Positions 57,850-64,000 of a stretch of DNA of 64,000 nt are shown piece by piece. Position 1 is the stretch's first letter, and each line of letters begins with the position of its first letter. The translations under genes were made by a program, and so were the position numbers. Under the pieces are notes generated by a model. That model did not search any database, had not been told where the DNA came from, and saw only the letters and a list, made by a program, of their open reading frames with translations. The stretch comes from Clostridia bacterium (GTDB lineage: Bacteria > Bacillota > Clostridia > UMGS1883). Location: positions 1,954 through 65,953 of the forward strand of contig JAZUCF010000018.1 in assembly GCA_045638945.1 (NCBI GenBank). The letters are read 5' to 3'.

Positions 57850-58620
57850 ATGAGTGATTTTAAAGATAAAGACGATACTTTTGTATTTAAACCCGAGACG
57901 GAAGAAAAACCTCATATAAACCGCACCGAAGACGATCAGTTCAGTTATGCGAGAAAAAGCGTAGAATATGAGGAAGAAGAGGAATCGACATCTCCTCTTG
58001 TAATAACTGCAATAGTACTTGCTGTGCTTTTGGTTGCAGCTATTGTGGGCGGAATAATATACCTTAGCAGTATGAATAATAACAAACCGCCGACAGTGGA
58101 AAAACCTCCCGTTGTGTCCGTTGAAGAAGAGGAGGAAAAAGAAGAGGAAGAAGAAATAATCGAGACAGATTATAACCTTATTTTCGATTCCGAGCAGATT
58201 TTCTATATGGAAAGCGGTAAGGGATATGCTGTTTCTACAGACTATTTCGATAAAAGAGATAAGTTTATTAAAAAAGAGATGTCCTACATCACCGATGAAA
58301 CAGTAATAAAGGATAACGGAAAGAGAATTTCCGTAGAGGCTTTTATAAACATCATCAAAAATCAGGGCGGTGACCTTATCCTTTTCAAAAGTGTAGTCAG
58401 GGAAGAGGACAGTATGGTAGTATCCATAACTTATGACAGCCGTACATTTGCCCCGGAAGAGCCTCCGGAGGAAATTATCCCCGAGGAAATTGTCCCCGAA
58501 GAAATTATTCCGGAAGAGACTACCCCCGACGAAACTGCTCCCGAGGAAGAAGTAAAAGAGGAAGTTAATAGAGAAGAAGGAATTTCTTCCGAATCAACTG
58601 AAGTACCTTCAGCAGAATAA
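57850..58620 (+). CDS. Hypothetical acidic single-pass membrane protein
   Basis: 256 aa; one TM (LVITAIVLAVLLVAAIVGGIIYL); GAGGTG RBS; PEExx repeats. Confidence 0.8.
   Translation: MSDFKDKDDTFVFKPETEEKPHINRTEDDQFSYARKSVEYEEEEESTSPLVITAIVLAVLLVAAIVGGIIYLSSMNNNKPPTVEKPPVVSVEEEEEKEEEEEIIETDYNLIFDSEQIFYMESGKGYAVSTDYFDKRDKFIKKEMSYITDETVIKDNGKRISVEAFINIIKNQGGDLILFKSVVREEDSMVVSITYDSRTFAPEEPPEEIIPEEIVPEEIIPEETTPDETAPEEEVKEEVNREEGISSESTEVPSAE
58465..58548 (+). repeat. 15-bp coding tandem repeat (PEEII/PEEIV/PEETT/PDETA)
   Basis: CCSGARGAA-initiated units, about 5.5 copies. Confidence 0.8.
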
Positions 58621-58624
58621 GAAC

Positions 58625-58660
58625 AAAAGCTCTTGTAACATAGGTTGCAGGAGCTTTTTT
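58625..58660 (+). terminator. Intrinsic terminator
   Basis: AAAAGCTCTTGTAAC / GTTGCAGGAGCTTTTTT. Confidence 0.75.
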
Positions 58661-58834
58661 GTACCTTTACAGTTGATTTTTTATTTACGAAAAAGTAAAG
58701 AAAATCAAATCGGTTGATTATGCAAAATTATTAGAAAAAAAGGTTGTTTCTTCCATAAAAAGGTGTTAGAATGAAGTTGTTGGAAACCTGTATTTTTTGG
58801 AAAAATGAATATATAGAATAGGAGTTGTCCCTGT

Positions 58835-59767
58835 ATGATTAAGTTAGGAATTGTTGGTGCAGGTATCATCGGCAAAGACCATTCGAAAGCAATAAAGGAA
58901 AACCATGATTGTATTCTTACTGCGGTATGCGATACCGTATTTGAAAGAGCGGAGGAAATAGCATCTGAGCACAACGCACAGGTTTTTACTGATTATAAAA
59001 AAATGTGCGAAGAAGCCGATATGGATGCAGTGATTCTGAATCTCCCTCATTTTCTTCATCATGACGCAACTGTATATTTCCTTGAAAAGGGCGTACACGT
59101 GCTTGTAGAAAAACCAATGGCTATGAATGTAGAAGAATGTGACAGTATGATTGCTGCTGCTGAAAAAAGCGGTGCAAAGCTTGCCATCGGTCATGTGCAG
59201 AGATATTATTCCGCATACGGAGAGGTTAAGAAAATAAAAGAAAGCGGAAAATACGGCAAACTCTGTATGATTACTGAAGTAAGAAATCTGAACTATATAA
59301 ATCCCAACCGTCCCAAGTGGTTTCTTGACAAGAAACTTTCAGGCGGCGGCATTGTTATGAATTTCGGTGCCCATTCTCTGGATAAAATTATGTATGTTAC
59401 CGGCGAAAAAGTAGAGGAAATTCGCGGATATCTTGATAATCCCATTACAGATGATACAATCGAGGTCAATGCTCAGATACTCCTTAAACTGACAGGCGGA
59501 ATTTCTGCAAATATCACATTCTGCGGCTGTCCCGGTGTTCCTGCTTATGAAACAGTTTTCTATTTCGAAAGAGGAGTGGCGAAGGTTACTTCTGGCTCAC
59601 AGCTTCACCTTTCGGAGGACGGAAAGTTTGTGACTGTAGGCGGAAATATAGAGCTTCTTCCCGGCCAACTTGAAGAATTTGTCAAGTTCCTCAGAGGCGA
59701 GGAAAGTATGATTGTAACTCCCGAATACGGCAGAGAGATTATAAGAGTTCTGGAAGAAATTCTGTAA
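58835..59767 (+). CDS. Gfo/Idh/MocA family oxidoreductase
   Basis: GIVGAGIIG, HVLVEKPMA, SGGGIVMNFGAHSLD. Confidence 0.9.
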   Translation: MIKLGIVGAGIIGKDHSKAIKENHDCILTAVCDTVFERAEEIASEHNAQVFTDYKKMCEEADMDAVILNLPHFLHHDATVYFLEKGVHVLVEKPMAMNVEECDSMIAAAEKSGAKLAIGHVQRYYSAYGEVKKIKESGKYGKLCMITEVRNLNYINPNRPKWFLDKKLSGGGIVMNFGAHSLDKIMYVTGEKVEEIRGYLDNPITDDTIEVNAQILLKLTGGISANITFCGCPGVPAYETVFYFERGVAKVTSGSQLHLSEDGKFVTVGGNIELLPGQLEEFVKFLRGEESMIVTPEYGREIIRVLEEIL

Positions 59768-59779
59768 GAGGTTTTTGAT

Positions 59780-60520
59780 ATGAAAATAGGAATGACATCA
59801 TTAACACTCAGGGAAGAGCCTGTGGAAAATGTAATAAAATATGCAAAGGAAGCAGGGCTTACCGGCATAGAGTGGGGCGTTTCCGATTTACATATGCCCC
59901 TGTGTGACAATGAGCAGGCTGAAAAAATAAAAAAGCTGTCCCGGGAAAACGGTATAGAGATATTCTCCCTCGGTTCCTACTGCAGGATGCTGGATAAAGA
60001 GGACTGCGACAAAACTCTGGAGACCGCGGTTATGCTCTCTGCTCCCATAATCCGCTTGTGGGCAGGAAAAGGACCGTGGGAAACAACCGACAGAGAAACT
60101 ATCGAAACAATAGTGGCAAACACTCTGTATATGTCAGAAAAAGCAAAAGCACACGGCATCAGGTTAGGTTTTGAATATCATACAAACACCCTGACGCAGG
60201 GTGCGGATAATGCAGTGCGGTTTATGAAAGAGATAAACGATAAAAATGTAGGCCTGTACTGGCAGCCATCGGGAAATATATCTGCCGATGAAAACCTGGC
60301 GGAATTTAAAAAGGTGATGCCGTACCTTATAGGCAATCTCCATGTTCATAATCACAATTCCGAGCAGGGTTATCAACCCCTGTCGGACATAAAAGATAAC
60401 TTAAAATTATATTACAGCGATTTGCAGGAAGAGAATTATAATCTGATGATTGAGTTTGTAAAAGACAGCTCGGTTGAAAATCTTCAGGCAGATGCAAAAA
60501 CTTTACTTGAATTGTTTTAA
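59780..60520 (+). CDS. Xylose-isomerase-like TIM barrel (sugar phosphate isomerase/epimerase family)
   Basis: GIEWG, GSY, IRLWAG, FEYH, YWQP, NLHVH, IEF. Confidence 0.8.
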   Translation: MKIGMTSLTLREEPVENVIKYAKEAGLTGIEWGVSDLHMPLCDNEQAEKIKKLSRENGIEIFSLGSYCRMLDKEDCDKTLETAVMLSAPIIRLWAGKGPWETTDRETIETIVANTLYMSEKAKAHGIRLGFEYHTNTLTQGADNAVRFMKEINDKNVGLYWQPSGNISADENLAEFKKVMPYLIGNLHVHNHNSEQGYQPLSDIKDNLKLYYSDLQEENYNLMIEFVKDSSVENLQADAKTLLELF

Positions 60521-60548
60521 GACTAATATATGGAAGGAAAGATGAAAA

Positions 60549-61574
60549 ATGAGAGAAAAATGGACAGAAGAAAAATTAAATGAGCTTCTCACCACTCCCA
60601 GCGACGCTTTGGTGGAAGATATCAAGAAAATCAAGGGCGATATTATGATTTTGGGCGCCGGGGGAAAAATGGGCCCTACACTCTGCGTTCTTGCTAAAAA
60701 TGCAGTGAAGAAAGCAGGCATTGACAAGCGCATTATTGCCGTATCCCGTGGTTCCGACAAAATTGCAACTCAGCTGATGATTGACAACGGAATCGAGGTT
60801 ATCGCCGCAGATTTGCTTGATAAGGAAAAGCTTTACGCTCTTCCCGATGTGGAAAATGTAATCTATATGGCAGGTCTTAAATTCGGCACCAATGGTAACG
60901 AATGGAAAACCTGGGCAATGAATGCGACACTTCCCGCTTTTGTAGCAGACAAGTTCAAAAAATCCAATATTGTGGTATTCTCTTCCGGAAATATATACCC
61001 CATTGTAAACCTTGCTGATGGCGGTTGCCGTGAAATTGATCCCGTAGGACCTAACGGCGAGTATGCAATGAGCTGTCTTGCAAGAGAGAGAGCATTTGAG
61101 TATGCGGCAAACACATTTGGTACAAAGGTATTTACATACCGTCTTAACTTTGCTGTTGACCTTCGTTACGGTGTTCTTTTCGATGTTGCAAACAAGATTA
61201 TGAAGGGCGAGCCTATCAGCCTTTCCACACCTTGCTTCAACTTCATATGGCAGGGAAGTGCAAACGAAATTGCAATCCGCGGACTTCTTCACGCAGAGGC
61301 TCCTGCAAAGCTTATGAATGTTACAGGTCCCGAAACCGTATCTATCAAAAAGGCTGCAGAGCAGCTTGGTGAAATCCTCGGCAAAGAGCCGATTTTTGAA
61401 AATGAGCAGGGAACAGACGCATATCTTAACGATGCTTCCTTAGCAATGGAAACCTTCGGTTATCCTGCAGTAAGTGCAGGTACACTTATCCGTTGGCAGG
61501 CTGAATATATCCTTGATGGCGGTAGAACTCTTGACAAGCCCACCCATTTTGAAGAACGCAAGGGTAAATATTAA
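60549..61574 (+). CDS. NAD-dependent epimerase/dehydratase family protein
   Basis: LGAGGKMG, FSSGNIY, GEYAMSCLARER. Confidence 0.85.
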   Translation: MREKWTEEKLNELLTTPSDALVEDIKKIKGDIMILGAGGKMGPTLCVLAKNAVKKAGIDKRIIAVSRGSDKIATQLMIDNGIEVIAADLLDKEKLYALPDVENVIYMAGLKFGTNGNEWKTWAMNATLPAFVADKFKKSNIVVFSSGNIYPIVNLADGGCREIDPVGPNGEYAMSCLARERAFEYAANTFGTKVFTYRLNFAVDLRYGVLFDVANKIMKGEPISLSTPCFNFIWQGSANEIAIRGLLHAEAPAKLMNVTGPETVSIKKAAEQLGEILGKEPIFENEQGTDAYLNDASLAMETFGYPAVSAGTLIRWQAEYILDGGRTLDKPTHFEERKGKY

Positions 61575-61589
61575 TAGGGGGAAACAGAA

Positions 61590-62654
61590 ATGAACAGACA
61601 CGAAATTGCACTTAAAAAACTTTCCGAGGGTACAGTAATTCCGGCAACCCCTCTTGCACTTAATGCAGATAAAACATTAAACGAAAAGGGACAGCGCCTT
61701 TTAATGAACTACTACCTTAACTGCGGAGTAGGCGGCGTGGCAACAGCTGTACATACAACACAGTTTGAAATCCGTGACAAGGAATTCAATCTTTTTGAGC
61801 CGGTGCTTAAAATAGTATCTGAGGAAATTGACAAGTTTGAAAAGAAAAATAACACCGTAATCGTTAAGGTTGCAGGTGTTTGCGGAAAGACAGAGCAGGC
61901 TGTTGCAGAAGCACAGTTTGCAAAGGAATGCGGATTTGATGCCGTTTTGTTAAGCCCCGGCGGTCTTAACGATATGCCCGAAGAATATATGATAGAGCGC
62001 ACAAAAGCAGTTGCGGAAATTATGCCTGTAATAGGCTTCTATCTGCAGACAGCAGTAGGGGGCAGAGTATTCTCCTACGACTACTGGACAAAGGTTTGCG
62101 CAATTGACAATGTTGTGGCTATTAAGTGTGCATCATTTAACCGCTACACAAGTATAGATGTTGTCAGAGCTGCTGCAATGAGCGACAGAAAAGACGAAAT
62201 CACTCTCTACACCGGAAATGACGATAATATCGTAATCGACCTCCTTACTAAGTACCGTTTTGAAAAGGACGGAGAAATGATTGAAAAAGGTTTCGAGGGC
62301 GGACTCCTCGGACATTGGTCCGTATGGACAAAGAAAGTTGTTGAAATGTACGAAATGCTTATGGAAGCGAAGAAGAAGGATTCTATTCCTGCCGAGCTTC
62401 TTACTCTTGCGGCAGAGGTTACAGATGTAAACAGTGCATTTTTCGACACTGCACATTCCTTCAAGGGAAGTATCGCAGGACTTCACGAAGTGCTTCACAA
62501 GCAGGGGCTTATGGAATATACCCACTGCCTCAGCGAGAGAGAGTGCCTTTCTCCCGGTCAGCTTGAGGAAATAAAGAGAGTATATGCAAAATATCCTCAC
62601 CTTAACGACGATGAATTCATCGCACAGAATATAGAAAACTGGAAAAACGCATAA
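61590..62654 (+). CDS. Dihydrodipicolinate synthase/aldolase-family protein
   Basis: VIPATPLAL, AVHTTQF, GFYLQ, AIK Schiff-base Lys, YTGNDD. Confidence 0.85.
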   Translation: MNRHEIALKKLSEGTVIPATPLALNADKTLNEKGQRLLMNYYLNCGVGGVATAVHTTQFEIRDKEFNLFEPVLKIVSEEIDKFEKKNNTVIVKVAGVCGKTEQAVAEAQFAKECGFDAVLLSPGGLNDMPEEYMIERTKAVAEIMPVIGFYLQTAVGGRVFSYDYWTKVCAIDNVVAIKCASFNRYTSIDVVRAAAMSDRKDEITLYTGNDDNIVIDLLTKYRFEKDGEMIEKGFEGGLLGHWSVWTKKVVEMYEMLMEAKKKDSIPAELLTLAAEVTDVNSAFFDTAHSFKGSIAGLHEVLHKQGLMEYTHCLSERECLSPGQLEEIKRVYAKYPHLNDDEFIAQNIENWKNA

Positions 62655-62657
62655 ACT

Positions 62658-62690
62658 AACACCCCCACAACCATTGATTGTGGGGGTGTT
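62658..62690. terminator. Bidirectional terminator
   Basis: AACACCCCCACAA / TTGTGGGGGTGTT. Confidence 0.75.
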
Positions 62691-62706
62691 GTCAAATAAT
62701 ATAATT

Positions 62707-63183
62707 TTATTTGTTTTTGATGTCATTCAACAACTGGATTATTTCAGCAAAACCTAAATAGAATGTACCAGAAATGAAAAAAATAATCCACCAAACAATA
62801 ACCATAGGGGTAGTATCTCCGTAGCTATCAACGCTAAGAGGAAAGGCGGCAATAAAACCAACAATATAAACAACCACACCAATTACTTTCAATAATGTGG
62901 CTATCAAATTCTGTTTATTTTCTTCCTCTTCTAATTGTAAATATTTCTTTACTTCCTCATATTCATCATCGCTTATAGAAATGACTTCTTTTTTATACCA
63001 CCTATCCTTTGAAGTTTCATTATCGTATTCGGAATATGGAAAATCATTGCTATATCCTTCTTTTTCTGAATACACTATTTCAAATAGCCCTAATTCAAGT
63101 AAGGTTTTATTTTTCTGTTCCTCATATTTTTTCTTTTCAGCATCTTTTTTAGCATCTAAAAATGCTTTTACCTGCTCGTTCAT
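62707..63183 (-). CDS. Hypothetical membrane protein (two C-terminal TM helices), low GC
   Basis: 158 aa; AAGGAGG RBS; ends LGFAEIIQLLNDIK. Confidence 0.8.
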   Translation of the reverse strand: MNEQVKAFLDAKKDAEKKKYEEQKNKTLLELGLFEIVYSEKEGYSNDFPYSEYDNETSKDRWYKKEVISISDDEYEEVKKYLQLEEEENKQNLIATLLKVIGVVVYIVGFIAAFPLSVDSYGDTTPMVIVWWIIFFISGTFYLGFAEIIQLLNDIKNK

Positions 63184-63262
63184 TTATATATCCTCCTTTG
63201 CTAAGTTGCTTTAATTATAACATTCAAAGCCAACAATGTCAATATAATACGAATATGTTTTG

Positions 63263-63312
63263 AATATAATTATAATATATATTCGCGTATTAATAAATAT
63301 TATAATTATATT
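63263..63312. promoter_or_regulatory. 16-bp perfect inverted repeat, putative RHH operator
   Basis: AATATAATTATAATAT (63263-63278) / ATATTATAATTATATT (63297-63312), abutting the AAGGAG RBS. Confidence 0.5.
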
Positions 63313-63328
63313 AAGGAGTGAATATGTT

Positions 63329-63511
63329 ATGACTAAAAGCATTATTAAGATAAGCAAAAAAGGTGAAGATGGCTACAAGATAATATCTGTCCGCATTAAA
63401 GAAGGGACTTTACAGAAAATAGATGATTTATCAAACAAAAGTAATCGTTCAAGAAACGAACTAATAAATATAATACTTGAAAGTTCTGTTGATGATGTTG
63501 AAATTAATTAA
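63329..63511 (+). CDS. Ribbon-helix-helix (CopG-family) protein
   Basis: IISVRIKEGTLQKIDDLSNKSNRSRNELINIIL. Confidence 0.85.
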   Translation: MTKSIIKISKKGEDGYKIISVRIKEGTLQKIDDLSNKSNRSRNELINIILESSVDDVEIN

Positions 63512-63520
63512 ATAACATAA

Positions 63521-63552
63521 AAAATCCCACAAGGCTTTCCTTGTGGGATTTT
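63521..63552 (+). terminator. Intrinsic terminator
   Basis: AAAATCCCACAAGG / CCTTGTGGGATTTT. Confidence 0.75.
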
Positions 63553-63673
63553 GAACATATCCTGCAAGATAAGAAATTTATCTCTTGCTGTTCTATAGAG
63601 AGTGTTGGATATCGTTAAAAAGTGCCTGAAAACGGCTGAAACAGTAGGTTTTGTAAATCTTACTGTTTATTTT

Positions 63674-63736
63674 TTTGCCATAACGTGTGGAAAGTGTGTA
63701 ACTTCCCATATAATATTGTGGCAAATTTGTGGCAAA
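63674..63736. repeat. Tandem and inverted 10-bp repeats resembling integrase arm-type sites
   Basis: TTGTGGCAAA-T-TTGTGGCAAA (63716-63736); inverted TTTGCCATAA (63674-63683). Confidence 0.45.
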
Positions 63737-63739
63737 ATA

Positions 63740-63889
63740 TTATTCTTCGTCGTCACAATCTTCTACTGTTGTATCATCATCCATATCGTCATTATTTAAA
63801 TTAAGTAGTGCTTTTGCAAGTAACTTAGAAAAATTACTTCTATGAAACAAGTCCTCTTTTCCAGAGGTTATAGGTGCATCAAAATACAT
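63740..63889 (-). pseudogene. 49-aa ORF resembling an internally deleted KAP-family P-loop NTPase
   Basis: Read manually: MYFDAPITSGKEDLFHRSNFSKLLAKALLNLNNDDMDDDTTVEDCDDEE; GGAG RBS. Confidence 0.5.
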
Positions 63890-64000
63890 TACCTTACACT
63901 CCCGACAGTAGTGATATCATTAGTAGAATCTAATTATACAATAGCATATTTCTAATAGATTTACAATGTTTTGTTGAAAAAACTATACTTATCAAAAGTA

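Noticed and set aside
63602-63799. 65-aa plus-strand ORF
   Set aside because: No convincing RBS or motif; overlaps the repeat sites and the minus-strand remnant

Overview
Chromosomal origin region of a spore-forming Clostridia-type (Bacillota) bacterium; the taxonomy is inferred from gene content. The core is the classic ori cluster: serS-parB-parA-noc-rsmG-mnmG-mnmE-jag-yidC-yidD-rnpA-rpmH on the minus strand, then oriC/dnaA-dnaN-yaaA-recF-remB-gyrB-gyrA on the plus strand, with three perfect parS sites. To the left are mutS2, glucokinase/PPi-PFK, thrR-hom-lysC, two XRE genes and comEC, rlmB, a HAD/GH3 pair, ctsR-mcsA-mcsB-clpC, a second PFK, dgt, rsmI, a ferredoxin, dusB-proBAC, an amino-acid ABC transporter and sporulation genes. 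To the right are an uncharacterised four-gene sugar-catabolic operon and a low-GC island remnant. I saw no rRNA, tRNA, CRISPR, transposase or integrase. Main observations: (1) the origin has TTATTAACA-type boxes instead of TTATCCACA, and DnaA has an altered recognition helix (KDHATAIY); (2) a 418-bp operator+XRE cassette is bounded by 75-bp direct repeats that duplicate the comEC start; (3) several modular intergenic repeat families fold on one strand only, show covariation and leave a solo terminal footprint; (4) a Noc/ParB paralog has GQRR in place of GERR and a degenerate HTH. All product calls come from motif recognition by eye; no database search was run.
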